Of a stretch of 64,000 nt of DNA, positions 40,704 through 50,700 are shown piece after piece; the first letter of the stretch is position 1, and each line of letters opens with the position of its first letter. The notes under the pieces were generated by a model, which saw nothing but the letters and a program-made list of their open reading frames with translations, had not been told where the DNA came from and made no database searches. Origin of the DNA: an uncultured Nitrospiraceae bacterium (GTDB taxonomy: Bacteria > Nitrospirota > Thermodesulfovibrionia > Thermodesulfovibrionales > Dissulfurispiraceae); contig CAVSHF010000003.1 in assembly GCA_963727805.1 (NCBI GenBank), positions 992,001 to 1,056,000 of the forward strand, given 5' to 3'. The position numbers were made by a program, and so were the translations under genes.

Positions 40704-41465
40704 TCAGTCTGCCCGGGACGTGCCCTTCCCTGACACTTGCGCTCTCAATATAATGATCCCTGGCTTGTTTCTCACATATTCCATAAAAGCCTCATCGACA
40801 ACCTGTTTGATTTCTTTTGATGAAGAGGCATGTCTCAGAAAGGATGATCTTCCCACTCTGATGAAAATCCCGACGTGAGAAACGTCAAGCCCGTCGCGTT
40901 CGGAATATATGCCGATATAATCACCTGTCTTCAGCCCTCCGACCACCTGACTATCCAGTGAGGATGAAGGGATATACTTGATGTCTCTATGCACCGGCTC
41001 TATCCCCGCCAGAAAACAGGTGCCCTCTTCCTTCAGATTGAGTATTTTAGGTACAGTTCTTGTATTGCGAAGTCCGATAGCGTCGGTGATATCTTCGATA
41101 TGATCACGATTAAAGTTGACCCAATCGGTGAAGAAGTGGTTCCGGTTTTCAAAAGAGACAACTCCGCCTCGATACCTTATTTTTTTCAGGCTTTCCCTGA
41201 ATTCTGAAAACGATGACGAAAGTCTCATCGCCTCTACATAGTCGATAAAAGTAAAACAATCGAGAGCTTCAAGGTTTATGACCAGTATCTCTTTTCTTTT
41301 CTGGTCGCCTATCAGAGTAGATTCCTGATAAAGCATTCCTAAAAACCTGCGGGAGAGAAATTCGATGCGATCACCCGGGTCATCGATTGATCCAGCTTCC
41401 TTCATGAGGGTCTCCAGAGTTTCAGCCGACCACTGTCCCATAGTGATCAATTCTTTTTCAGTCAT
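40704..41465 (-). CDS. DUF1460 / NlpC-P60-like N-acetylmuramoyl-L-alanine amidase
   Basis: LDCFTFIDYV, IRYRGG..RNHFFTDW, GLDVSHVG and HASS motifs. Confidence 0.85.
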   Translation of the reverse strand: MTEKELITMGQWSAETLETLMKEAGSIDDPGDRIEFLSRRFLGMLYQESTLIGDQKRKEILVINLEALDCFTFIDYVEAMRLSSSFSEFRESLKKIRYRGGVVSFENRNHFFTDWVNFNRDHIEDITDAIGLRNTRTVPKILNLKEEGTCFLAGIEPVHRDIKYIPSSSLDSQVVGGLKTGDYIGIYSERDGLDVSHVGIFIRVGRSSFLRHASSSKEIKQVVDEAFMEYVRNKPGIIILRAQVSGKGTSRAD

Positions 41466-41540
41466 AGCTTCATCCTGAGTGCATGATATCGGAAAGCCTA
41501 TCGTGTTTTCAATCCCACGACTCTATGCTATGATATTTTT

Positions 41541-42491
41541 ATGAAAATCATCGACGTCCATACTCACGGTATCGGCGGTTACGATACGAGGACAACCGAT
41601 ATCGAACATATCCTGAAGATCGCGGAAATCCACGGTTCATATGGCGTTACCGAAATTGTTCCTACGGTCTATCCCGCGACTACCAGGGTAATGCGAGACA
41701 ATCTGGCATTGATAAAAAAAGCTATGGAAGCGCAGGCTTCTGAGCCCGTCCTCAAGCCGGAATTCTACAATCTAAAATATGGTGCTGCCGAAAACCGTAA
41801 CCCGGCACGGATTATCGGTGTGCATCTCGAAGGGCCATTTTTAAACCCATTGAAATGCGGCAGCCTCAATGCAATAACCTTTATTGATCCGACAGATTAC
41901 AATCTTGGGCAGTTGATCGAAGGATTTGAGGACATGATCAGGATCATCACGATCTCACCCGAACTCGACGGCTCACTAAATCTCATAAAGAGGATTTCAG
42001 CCAGGGGAATCATTGCGAGCATGGGCCATTCCAATGCGACATATTCCGAGGCCCAAGCCGCTCATAAAGCAGGGGCAAAAGGTATAACACATTTGTTTAA
42101 TGCTATGCGTCCATACCACCACAGGGAACCGGGCATCGCCGGATACGGTCTTTTAGACCCGGATGTCTATATCGAGGTAATCGCAGACCCATTCCATCTG
42201 CATCCAGGGACTCTCGAACTGATCTTCAGGGTCAAGAACCCGTCTCGGATTATCATCGTCTCAGACTCTATCAAGGCAGCGAAAGTCCCGGCAACATCGG
42301 TTTCTACCCGGGAAGGATTAGCGGATATGCATGGTAGGCTGCTCGGCGGTTCTATGGTCATCACCGAAGCAGCAGATGCCCTGGCAGAAACCCTGCGTCA
42401 TGCGATGCCTGATGCATATTACAAATCCGTCATGCTCGCTTGTATCAGCTCAAACCCCGAGAAGTATCTTTCAACATCCTCCCCAGCATAA
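41541..42491 (+). CDS. nagA: N-acetylglucosamine-6-phosphate deacetylase
   Basis: DVHTHG, GVHLEGPFL, GHSNA and THLFNAM motifs. Confidence 0.92.
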   Translation: MKIIDVHTHGIGGYDTRTTDIEHILKIAEIHGSYGVTEIVPTVYPATTRVMRDNLALIKKAMEAQASEPVLKPEFYNLKYGAAENRNPARIIGVHLEGPFLNPLKCGSLNAITFIDPTDYNLGQLIEGFEDMIRIITISPELDGSLNLIKRISARGIIASMGHSNATYSEAQAAHKAGAKGITHLFNAMRPYHHREPGIAGYGLLDPDVYIEVIADPFHLHPGTLELIFRVKNPSRIIIVSDSIKAAKVPATSVSTREGLADMHGRLLGGSMVITEAADALAETLRHAMPDAYYKSVMLACISSNPEKYLSTSSPA

Positions 42492-42599
42492 ATGCAAGGA
42501 TTGATCACTCAAGCCGCGAGTCGAGCCCTTAGTTTCTGCTATTCCCAGTCCAGACTTGGAGTGTTACGGAGACTCCCCTTCCCAATAGTGATAGACCCG

Positions 42600-42854
42600 T
42601 TACTGCAGGCCGAGGTCTTTTGCCGCTGCACGCAAAAGAGGCTCGTTCACCTGTATATTTGACATTAGCGGGCTCTTCGCGTGTTTTGCTGCGCGTATCA
42701 GCTCGTTGGTGGATGAAAATTTACCCCTGAGATCGGGGGCGTTGCGACCATTATGGCATGGAATGCAGGCCTCATATGTACTGGCATCGACAGTCGAAAA
42801 ACATCCCGCAGCTATTATCAAACCCGCTGCCAGCAATATAGTAGAACCCCTCAT
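42600..42854 (-). CDS. Small monoheme c-type cytochrome
   Basis: Signal peptide, CIPCH motif, downstream Met (SPLM) as a possible sixth ligand; AAGGAG RBS. Confidence 0.7.
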   Translation of the reverse strand: MRGSTILLAAGLIIAAGCFSTVDASTYEACIPCHNGRNAPDLRGKFSSTNELIRAAKHAKSPLMSNIQVNEPLLRAAAKDLGLQ

Positions 42855-42972
42855 AGTTGTATCTCCTTTTATTTAATCAGCTATTGTTTTATTATAGTAC
42901 ATAATCATTATTCCACAAAGAGAGGCCTTCAGGTGAAAGTTTCCATACAGAGATCGAAATCAAGGAAATGAT

Positions 42973-44292
42973 ATGCTAATGCTCCTGCAACTCTTTTCCG
43001 ATTTCGCAAAGGGGAACGGCATTCCCATTGATGCGTTTCTAGTCGGCGGTGCGGTCAGGGACATACTTTTGGGCCGTGAGATAAAAGATGTTGATGTCGC
43101 CGTTAGCGGCAATGCGATAGATATCGGCAGGTCCTTTGCTGCTGTTGCCGGTGGCTCCTTCGTTCTCCTCGACAAAGATTTCGGCATCGTCCGGATCGTT
43201 AAAGACCATGCATACATCGATCTCTGCGCGATGCGCGGAGCATCGATCGAAGATGACCTCTCCGATCGGGACCTCACCGTAAACGCAATGGCGATCCCGC
43301 TGTCGGAAATATCGGAAATAAAAGAAATGGGCATATCCCGATCTACCCTTACAGACATTGTCATTGATCCCTTCGACGGATGGCGCGACCTGAAATACAG
43401 CATCATCAGGATGGTTTCTGAGGAAAACCTTATCAACGACCCCTTGAGACTCCTCAGGGTACATCGTTTTTCGGCAACCCTCAACTTCACGATAGAGGTC
43501 CATACCTCTACGGCTGTGAAAACCCATGCAGCCCTGATCACGAATGCGGCTGTAGAGCGCATAGCCGAGGAGTTGAGATGTATTCTTATGGTTGATGACT
43601 CTTATTCTGCAATCAAGGAGATGGAAAAAAACGGTCTCCTCTATCATCTATTCTCCGAATTGACGGAATTCTCGCCGGAGTCGTGGCATCACGTCCGCCA
43701 GTCATACGGTTATATGGAACATATCCTGAGGAACCTGCCACTCTATTTCCCCGGCAAGAACTCGCCGATCTGGGACTATTTCGCTGAAGGACACAGGACA
43801 TTCTGCCTCAAGTTGGCGGTGCTTCTTCAGGATGGAGAAAGAGCAGAGCAAGTTACCCAAAGACTCAAACTGTCATGGACGGAAATTAAATTCGTCCGCA
43901 TGATATTATCCAATAGCAAGGTTGTCACCGCGTTAAACACCGACAACAAATCCGTTATCATCGGACTGCTGCGTGAATTCGGAGACAATCTCTATGCGTT
44001 GCTTATCTACAACCTCGCCTCTGACCGTGTATGCCAGCTGTCCGGGAGCCCGCTTGTATCCCTCGTCAGACAGATTATCTCAATATACCAAGATGAATTC
44101 ATTCCTAGAAATAAAAAGCTTCCGTTCATTGATGGAAACGACTTAATTGAACAATTCAGGCTTTCGCCTTCTCCCTTCTTCAAGGATCTACTTGCCGCCA
44201 TTGAGTTGCTCGCACTCGAAGGACACGTGAACTCCCGAGAAGAGGCGCTGAGGGCAGCTGGGAAGATAATCAAGGAAAAATTCCTGAACTGA
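42973..44292 (+). CDS. Class II tRNA nucleotidyltransferase, probably CC-adding type
   Basis: LVGGAVRD..KDVD, DDLSDRDLTVNAMA and DPLRLLR motifs; the flexible loop appears deleted; HD degenerate (LLQD). Confidence 0.85.
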   Translation: MLMLLQLFSDFAKGNGIPIDAFLVGGAVRDILLGREIKDVDVAVSGNAIDIGRSFAAVAGGSFVLLDKDFGIVRIVKDHAYIDLCAMRGASIEDDLSDRDLTVNAMAIPLSEISEIKEMGISRSTLTDIVIDPFDGWRDLKYSIIRMVSEENLINDPLRLLRVHRFSATLNFTIEVHTSTAVKTHAALITNAAVERIAEELRCILMVDDSYSAIKEMEKNGLLYHLFSELTEFSPESWHHVRQSYGYMEHILRNLPLYFPGKNSPIWDYFAEGHRTFCLKLAVLLQDGERAEQVTQRLKLSWTEIKFVRMILSNSKVVTALNTDNKSVIIGLLREFGDNLYALLIYNLASDRVCQLSGSPLVSLVRQIISIYQDEFIPRNKKLPFIDGNDLIEQFRLSPSPFFKDLLAAIELLALEGHVNSREEALRAAGKIIKEKFLN

Positions 44293-44513
44293 TCGACGTG
44301 TGTGCATCAATCGAATGTTTTTGCAATCATAGGCAGTGCGGTCCCGATTTTGTGGTCTTTTCAAGACCCAACGCTCTTTTCCTTAGCGGTTTTGGAGGCC
44401 GGTGCTACCTCACGATTTATTTTCCCTGAAGTGGCTGACCGGACAAGTCAGATTCCTCCCCAATATCGCATCGCCTGAATGTCAGCGGAGCTGGTTGTTA
44501 TCGAGTCTCTTTC

Positions 44514-45014
44514 TCAGCTGTTCGACGATCGACCGCAGCATTTCTTGTATTTTTTCCCGCTGCCGCATACGCATGGGTCATTGCGCCCGATTTTGGGAGT
44601 AGAGCGGATGACCTGTTTGGGTGACACGGGTTCCCCGCTCACAAAGTACCATGATTCAGCCTCTTTTTTAAAGGTAGCCATTTCGTGGTGTTCTTTTTTG
44701 ATGCCGTTCTCGGTATACGACGCGATAAATTCGACCTGTTCTTCTCTTTCTTCAGGTCCGCCACCCGCTGTTTCCAGAATCTCGAGCTTATGCCAGTCAG
44801 CACTAGCCGCCCAGGTACGCGTACTTTTTTCGTCATAGTCCGACCGGTAATCAGGATGAAGGGATGTGAAGATATACTCGATTTCCTTCTTCACATAGGC
44901 ACTATACCGCGCCCTCATGACTTGCTCAGCAGTCGTAGCCGCTCTCTCTCCCTTTATCAAAGGCAAACAGCACTCATCATAGGCGACATCTGATCCACAC
45001 GGACATGTATTCAT
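44514..45014 (-). CDS. YchJ-family SEC-C motif protein
   Basis: [16 protein letters not shown] and [18 protein letters not shown] motifs. Confidence 0.9.
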   Translation of the reverse strand: MNTCPCGSDVAYDECCLPLIKGERAATTAEQVMRARYSAYVKKEIEYIFTSLHPDYRSDYDEKSTRTWAASADWHKLEILETAGGGPEEREEQVEFIASYTENGIKKEHHEMATFKKEAESWYFVSGEPVSPKQVIRSTPKIGRNDPCVCGSGKKYKKCCGRSSNS

Positions 45015-45039
45015 TCATTATCTCCTTGTCATGGGACAG

Positions 45040-45207
45040 TTACATTCCCTCTTGCATCGCTGATATTTCGCCTTCTTCAAACATAGCCATATTGATACAT
45101 TCTTTGATCGCCTCTTCGATACTATTGATGTTTTCAAATTTTTTCATGTCAACAATTCTCTGCAAATAAAGCATCTGATTCTCGGAAAGATCAATGGATA
45201 CTTGCAT
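45040..45207 (-). CDS. 55-aa protein, ribbon-helix-helix-like (not in ORF track)
   Basis: GAGGGGTG RBS; MQVSIDLSENQMLYLQRIVDMKKFENINSIEEAIKECINMAMFEEGEISAMQEGM; fills the gap between two co-oriented genes. Confidence 0.7.
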   Translation of the reverse strand: MQVSIDLSENQMLYLQRIVDMKKFENINSIEEAIKECINMAMFEEGEISAMQEGM

Positions 45208-45260
45208 ATTTCACCCCTCGGGAAAGATTTTCAGATTACGGTACTCCATCCCATCACCCT

Positions 45261-45953
45261 TCATGCAGAAGCCCTGCTTTCCCATGCTAAGGCCCTTTCG
45301 TATTCCCCAAAAAGCAGTTCTCTTCTCTTGAATTCACGCGAATGGAGTCTCCGCCTTTCTCCTTGCCGAGATATGCCGATAGCAGCATGGAGCATTTCAT
45401 GATAGACAACAAAAGCAATAAAATACCGCGGAACGCTTTTCTTATCGAGCACAGGGTTTATCCTGATGAGATCAGACCTTCCGCTGTAGCTGCCCAGAGT
45501 CCTCTTTCGAACAGAGTAGCGCGAACTTTTTGCCCCCCATGTAATCATGGCTTTAATCATGCCACCGAAGTATTGCTCGTTAATCTCATCGAACAACTCA
45601 CGGAGGTCGTAGAATCTGCCCCGGGTCTTCACAGAGACCTTTTTTGGCGGCCTTTTGTTCAGCAGCTCTCGATTGTTACGAACAAAACAGCGAAAATGGG
45701 TCATATCACCCTTTCTGTTTTTCAGGAAAACTATGATTTCACCAATAACATGATTATCCGCGTTGAGAAACATCCGGTGAAGGCGAACATGCATAATGCC
45801 GTCCCTCACCCTCGCCGATAGCATGCTTGTCGAATTTTCGGTGAGCACAAGCGAAACGGCACTGCCGAGGCTTTTTTCAATATAGCATCTGAGAGAATTC
45901 CCGGTATGGATAAAGGCAAGCGGCAGTTGATCGTCAATAAATTCCTTCCTCAT
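45261..45953 (-). CDS. SprT-like zinc metalloprotease
   Basis: LGSY..IRINPVLD, YHEMLH (HExxH) and HSREF motifs. Confidence 0.8.
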   Translation of the reverse strand: MRKEFIDDQLPLAFIHTGNSLRCYIEKSLGSAVSLVLTENSTSMLSARVRDGIMHVRLHRMFLNADNHVIGEIIVFLKNRKGDMTHFRCFVRNNRELLNKRPPKKVSVKTRGRFYDLRELFDEINEQYFGGMIKAMITWGAKSSRYSVRKRTLGSYSGRSDLIRINPVLDKKSVPRYFIAFVVYHEMLHAAIGISRQGERRRLHSREFKRRELLFGEYERALAWESRASA

Positions 45954-46009
45954 ACTATCAATAACTATACCACAGCTTCACTCTCTCGGTGATGTGATAA
46001 TATAAACAT

Positions 46010-46702
46010 ATGGAGAGTGGAAAGATCCTCATCATAGAGGACGAACAGAAGATAGCCGATATCGTCAAATCATATCTTCAGCGCGAGGGCTACAACGTGA
46101 CAGCAGTTGCAACCGGTGAAGCCGCCCTCAAGGAGATCGGGAGCGCATTTGACCTCGTCATCCTGGACCTCAGATTACCGGATATCGACGGAGAGACTGT
46201 CTGCAAGGCCATCCGGGAGGTGTCCGACATTCCAGTCATCATGCTTACCGCAAAAAGCGCCGAGGACGACAGGGTAAAGGGCCTGAGTATGGGGGCCGAC
46301 GATTATGTAGTAAAACCGTTCAGCGTCAGGGAACTCGTGGCGCGGGTAAAGGCCCACCTCAGACGCTCAAAAAAAGACGAAAAAAGAGAGCTTTCCTTTA
46401 ATAGAGGGGTTCTGGTTATCGATACGCTTTCGCGGGAGGTCAAAAAAAAGGATCACGTGGTTGCCCTGACGAGCACGGAGTTCAGAATACTTCTCAGCCT
46501 TGCCGAAAGGCCGAATATTGTATTCGCCCGTCTTCATTTAATCAACATCGTACAGGGCTATGATTTCGAAGGGTTCGACCGTGTTGTGGATGCACATATC
46601 AAGAACATCAGGCACAAGATCGAGGACGATCCCCAAAAGCCCACTTTCATAAAAACTGTCTACGGCATGGGATACAAGTTTATAGGTGAGCCGGACAAAT
46701 GA
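46010..46702 (+). CDS. OmpR-family response regulator
   Basis: IIEDE, LDLRLP, MLTAK, GADDYVVKPF and winged-helix TVYGMGY. Confidence 0.95.
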   Translation: MESGKILIIEDEQKIADIVKSYLQREGYNVTAVATGEAALKEIGSAFDLVILDLRLPDIDGETVCKAIREVSDIPVIMLTAKSAEDDRVKGLSMGADDYVVKPFSVRELVARVKAHLRRSKKDEKRELSFNRGVLVIDTLSREVKKKDHVVALTSTEFRILLSLAERPNIVFARLHLINIVQGYDFEGFDRVVDAHIKNIRHKIEDDPQKPTFIKTVYGMGYKFIGEPDK

Positions 46703-48054
46703 GAACGAAGTTATTTCTCGCTTTTATAGTAATAATACTCGCCGCCCTGTTATCGACGATTGTCTTTGAAGTTAAGATTCTCAAAGACTTCGATAATTAT
46801 GTCAGCGGCATACGAGATGATCAAATTCACTGGATAATGGTTTCGATAGAGGGCGCCTATGATGACGGCTCCTGGGACAGTCAGGTACTGTCTGAATCCA
46901 TACATTGGGCTATGATGCTCGGTCTAGACATCAAGATTCTGGATGTGCAAGGAAAGGAAGTTGTCCCTTCACATCATTACATCGAGTCCCTCTCTCCCAG
47001 CATGAAACATCGCATGGAAGAACTTTTTCATATTCACACCGCTACTAATCACAATTATGCAGAGTTCCCGATCTATGCTAAAAGCGAAAATATCGGCACG
47101 CTTATGGCACGATCTTTTCAGAAAAAGGATCTCGCGGAAAAGGAAGCGATATTCAAAGACCGGGTCAGGCATTTTCTGTATATTTACTTACTCATAGCCG
47201 GTGCAGGAACTATTCTGATCGGACTTTTGCTCATCCAATACCTTTCCAAACCGGTGATGTCACTGAAAAAAGCTTCTGAGAAAATAGCCGGTGGCGACTT
47301 TTCAGTAAGGATCTATTCTGAATCATCAGATGAAGTCGGTGATCTTGCAAGAACCTTCAATAAAATGGCGGAATCGCTTCAGAAGGAAGAGGAATTGAGA
47401 AAACATCTTATGTCGAATGTCGCTCATGAACTGAGAACACCCCTGGCCATAATGAAGACCCATGTTGAGGCAATGGAAGATGGAATAGTGATAGATACAC
47501 GGAAGGGCCTCGAGAATATCGAAGTCGAGATCGAAAGGCTTATAGCCCTCGTTAAGGGCATTGAGGATATCACCGCGGCCGAGGCGAGCTTCTTCGTAAA
47601 AGGAGAAGCTGCGCAGATCGACCTAAAGGAGTTCATCTCCGGACTGGTCGAGGATCTGGCTCCCTCATTTCAAAATCGGGGACTTTATGTCAAAATTGTA
47701 AATGCTACCAATCTTATCGTCACCATAGATGTAGAGAAGCTCGAAAGGGTCCTCATTAATATCCTTTCAAACGCCTTGAAGTTCACAGACAATGGCGGAG
47801 TTTCGATCGACTATGGCATTACAGGGAGCAGGTTTTTTATCGAAGTAAGAGACACTGGCAGGGGGATCCCGGAAAGTGACTTACCGCTCATTTTGAATCG
47901 CTTTTACCGCTCTGAACAATCCGGCGTCGAAGGACTGGGACTCGGCCTCGCCATCGCAAAAGAGCTCGTTGATGTCATGGGCGGGGAGATCACTGTTAAA
48001 AGCATAGTCGGAGCTGGATCACGTTTCAGGGTATCAATGCCGTTTGCGGTATAA
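46699..48054 (+). CDS. HAMP sensor histidine kinase (BaeS-like)
   Basis: Two TMs, HAMP, AHELRTPL, NALKFT and GLGLGL; ATGA overlap with the regulator. Confidence 0.93.
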   Translation: MRTKLFLAFIVIILAALLSTIVFEVKILKDFDNYVSGIRDDQIHWIMVSIEGAYDDGSWDSQVLSESIHWAMMLGLDIKILDVQGKEVVPSHHYIESLSPSMKHRMEELFHIHTATNHNYAEFPIYAKSENIGTLMARSFQKKDLAEKEAIFKDRVRHFLYIYLLIAGAGTILIGLLLIQYLSKPVMSLKKASEKIAGGDFSVRIYSESSDEVGDLARTFNKMAESLQKEEELRKHLMSNVAHELRTPLAIMKTHVEAMEDGIVIDTRKGLENIEVEIERLIALVKGIEDITAAEASFFVKGEAAQIDLKEFISGLVEDLAPSFQNRGLYVKIVNATNLIVTIDVEKLERVLINILSNALKFTDNGGVSIDYGITGSRFFIEVRDTGRGIPESDLPLILNRFYRSEQSGVEGLGLGLAIAKELVDVMGGEITVKSIVGAGSRFRVSMPFAV

Positions 48055-48089
48055 TATTGAGAAATCTTTTTTGGAAGGAGTGAACTACG

Positions 48090-48626
48090 ATTAATACGCT
48101 CGACATCATCATCCTTGTAATCATGGGCCTGGCAACCGCATTCGGCATATGGAGAGGTATGGTCAGCCAGATATTCAGTATTGTCGGCATCGTCGGCGGA
48201 TATTTCGCCGCAGTTCACTATTATGCCCCCCTCGCTACTCACCTCACCTTTATAGATGCTGGCGTTGCAAAAATTCTGAGCTTCATTCTTATTATCATCA
48301 TCTGTATCATTGCCGCAATGGTGATCGCCTGGCTCGTAGGCAAGGTCTTTAAATTGCCCGGTCTCGGTATCCTCAATAGCCTTGGTGGAGGCGTTGTCGG
48401 TTTTATAAAGGGTTTTCTGATAGTTGCGTTATTGGTCATCTTACTGCTCGCTATACTCTCGCATGACAGCCTTCTGCTTGAGAAATCAATTACTCTTCCC
48501 TACGTACTGAAGGGTATCAAGATCGTCGACAGCATGGTCCCGCAGGACCTCAAAAACCAGTATCATAAAAAGATCGAAAACCTTAAAAACCGGGTACTCA
48601 AGGAAGAGCTGGAGCGGAAAAAGTGA
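48090..48626 (+). CDS. cvpA: CvpA family membrane protein
   Basis: (M)NTLDIIIL..GIWRGMVSQ..LNSLGGGVVGFIKG; likely start is ATT 48090 (first ATG at 48123). Confidence 0.85.
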   Translation: MNTLDIIILVIMGLATAFGIWRGMVSQIFSIVGIVGGYFAAVHYYAPLATHLTFIDAGVAKILSFILIIIICIIAAMVIAWLVGKVFKLPGLGILNSLGGGVVGFIKGFLIVALLVILLLAILSHDSLLLEKSITLPYVLKGIKIVDSMVPQDLKNQYHKKIENLKNRVLKEELERKK

Positions 48627-49408
48627 AAGCCGCCCTCATCCAGCTGAACATTGTATGGGAAGACAGGCAGCGGAATTACGAAAAAGCCGAGTCCTTTGCG
48701 AAAATGGCTGCCGGAGACAGTTGTGATCTTATTGTGTTACCCGAGATGTTCAATACAGGCTTCTCGATGGATCTTGCCACTACCCCTGATGAGGGCATCG
48801 GCGCGACCACATCAGCACTTTCTGAAATAGCGCGAAAAAACAACATCAACCTGATAGCGGGATTCCCGATCAAGGCGCCGGGTGAAGATAAGGGGCGCAA
48901 TATGGCGGTCGCATATGACAGGAAAGGCATGCTCATGGCAACCTATACCAAGATGCATCCCTTTTGCCTCGCTGATGAACAGAAGTATTATATCGCTGGA
49001 GACAATGTGACCACATTCGATATCGACGGCGTCCCGTCGAGTATCTTCATCTGTTATGATCTTAGGTTCCCGGAGGTCTTCAGGAAGGTTGCCAAACGAG
49101 TCCAGGCGATCTTCGTAATAGCAAATTGGCCTTCTGAGCGAGTTGAACACTGGAATGCCCTTTTGAAGGCGCGCGCCATCGAGAACCAGTGCTTTTTGAT
49201 AGGTGTCAACAGGACCGGCATAGACGGCAATGGCATCTGCTATTCTGGATCATCCTGCATTATCGATCCGATGGGTAGTTTCATCTGTTCAGGCGGTGAG
49301 AGCGATGAGTACATTGTCTGCGTTTTCGATCCCGGTCGAGTCAATGAAGTAAGGTCAAAATTCCCTTTTTTGAAAGACATGAGACTTGATGATGATAAAG
49401 AAGACTGA
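48623..49408 (+). CDS. Carbon-nitrogen hydrolase (nitrilase superfamily amidase)
   Basis: LPEMFNTGF, YTKMHPF, ICYDLRFPE and ARAIENQ motifs. Confidence 0.92.
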   Translation: MKAALIQLNIVWEDRQRNYEKAESFAKMAAGDSCDLIVLPEMFNTGFSMDLATTPDEGIGATTSALSEIARKNNINLIAGFPIKAPGEDKGRNMAVAYDRKGMLMATYTKMHPFCLADEQKYYIAGDNVTTFDIDGVPSSIFICYDLRFPEVFRKVAKRVQAIFVIANWPSERVEHWNALLKARAIENQCFLIGVNRTGIDGNGICYSGSSCIIDPMGSFICSGGESDEYIVCVFDPGRVNEVRSKFPFLKDMRLDDDKED

Positions 49409-49754
49409 ATACGACGCGATACAGCCTTATATAACCAAGGATGGCTCGATTATTCGCGAACTGATGCATCCCTTCGTACATCTTAACCGCAATCAAAGCC
49501 TTGCCGAGGCCGTTGTTCCACCCGGCGCAATGACGCACCTGCATAAGCATCTGCAGAGCGAAGAAATTTATCATGTTCTTTCCGGAATTGGACTCATGAC
49601 ACTCGGGAATGAGCAATTCGAGATTAAAGCTGGTGATACGGTCTGCATAGCACCAGGCACTGTGCACAAGGTAAAAAATACCGGCGTCACCTTGTTGAAA
49701 ATTCTCTGCGCCAGTGCCCCGTCCTATTCTCACAGCGACACGGAATTGCTCTAA
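49386..49754 (+). CDS. Cupin domain protein
   Basis: TKDGSIIREL, HKH..SEEIYHVLSG, PGTVHKV and PSYSHSDT motifs. Confidence 0.88.
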   Translation: MMMIKKTEYDAIQPYITKDGSIIRELMHPFVHLNRNQSLAEAVVPPGAMTHLHKHLQSEEIYHVLSGIGLMTLGNEQFEIKAGDTVCIAPGTVHKVKNTGVTLLKILCASAPSYSHSDTELL

Positions 49755-49927
49755 ATGAATTCGGAACAATTATCTTGTACCCCGGCAGTACGATGACGAT
49801 GCTACAGCCTCTTTGCAATCCACTTTTTGTTGATATGATTAAAATTAAAATGTCCGGGGGGAAATAGTTATATCACTTTCGCGTTCTCGAATGCATCGTG
49901 ATCATTTTATTTCAACGAGGAGGGATT

Positions 49928-50401
49928 GTGAAACGTATAGCTTCTTTCATGATCATATTTATCTTACTGACTGTAGGCGCCTTTGCCGGGGAAAGGAAGC
50001 CCGTCAAGCCAGCAACAAGAGACAGATGCCCTGTCTGCGGGATGTTCGTTGCCAAGTACCCCGATTCCATGGCCCAGATATTATATAAAGACGGATCTGA
50101 TGCGTTCTTCGATGGACCCAAGGACATGTTGAAGTATTACTTCAATTTCGAAAAATATGCGCAGGGTAAGGAAGCGACAGACATCGATTCCCTATATGTG
50201 ACGGACTATTACAGCCTAGCGCCTATCGACGGATTCAATGCGGTTTATGTACTCGGAAGCGATGTCTTCGGACCGATGGGCAGGGAGCTCATTCCCTTTG
50301 AGAAACTTTCGGATGCCGAGGAATTTAAAAAGGACCACAAGGGCACCTCAATCCTTAAATTTAGGGATATTACAATCACTATTGTTAAAGGGCTCGATTG
50401 A
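49928..50401 (+). CDS. NosL-family copper-binding accessory protein
   Basis: RCPVCGMFV, FDGPKDM, VTDYYS and GPMGRELIPF motifs; GTG start after GAGGAGG. Confidence 0.88.
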   Translation: MKRIASFMIIFILLTVGAFAGERKPVKPATRDRCPVCGMFVAKYPDSMAQILYKDGSDAFFDGPKDMLKYYFNFEKYAQGKEATDIDSLYVTDYYSLAPIDGFNAVYVLGSDVFGPMGRELIPFEKLSDAEEFKKDHKGTSILKFRDITITIVKGLD

Positions 50402-50700
50402 TGTTCACAAGAAAATCTGATTTCTTCTTCCTCTTCATAGCAGTCAATTTGTGTGCGCTCCTTCTCTTTTTTCTGCATGCCATTTTTATGCATGGAAATT
50501 TGCAGACTTCTCTCAGGGAGAAAGGCGACATGATAGAGAGACTTGGGCTCACCGATCTCTGCCTATTTACCGATGCCAGGTACACAAGGCATCCATCCAT
50601 GGCTGATCTGAATACCCCATTTCAGGACCACCCAACAGCTCTTGAGCACTTTCCTTCAGGGACGCTTGTAGGACCGCCGCTGCATCTCAGGACTAAATGA
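50398..50700 (+). CDS. Small membrane-anchored protein of the NosL/ABC module
   Basis: One TM, then LGLTDLCLFTDARYTRHPS..PFQDHP..LEHFPSG; overlaps both neighbours. Confidence 0.7.
   Translation: MMFTRKSDFFFLFIAVNLCALLLFFLHAIFMHGNLQTSLREKGDMIERLGLTDLCLFTDARYTRHPSMADLNTPFQDHPTALEHFPSGTLVGPPLHLRTK

Noticed and set aside
37952..42491. nagZ-ampG-amidase-nagA cluster as a novel system
   Set aside because: Matches established peptidoglycan recycling functions.
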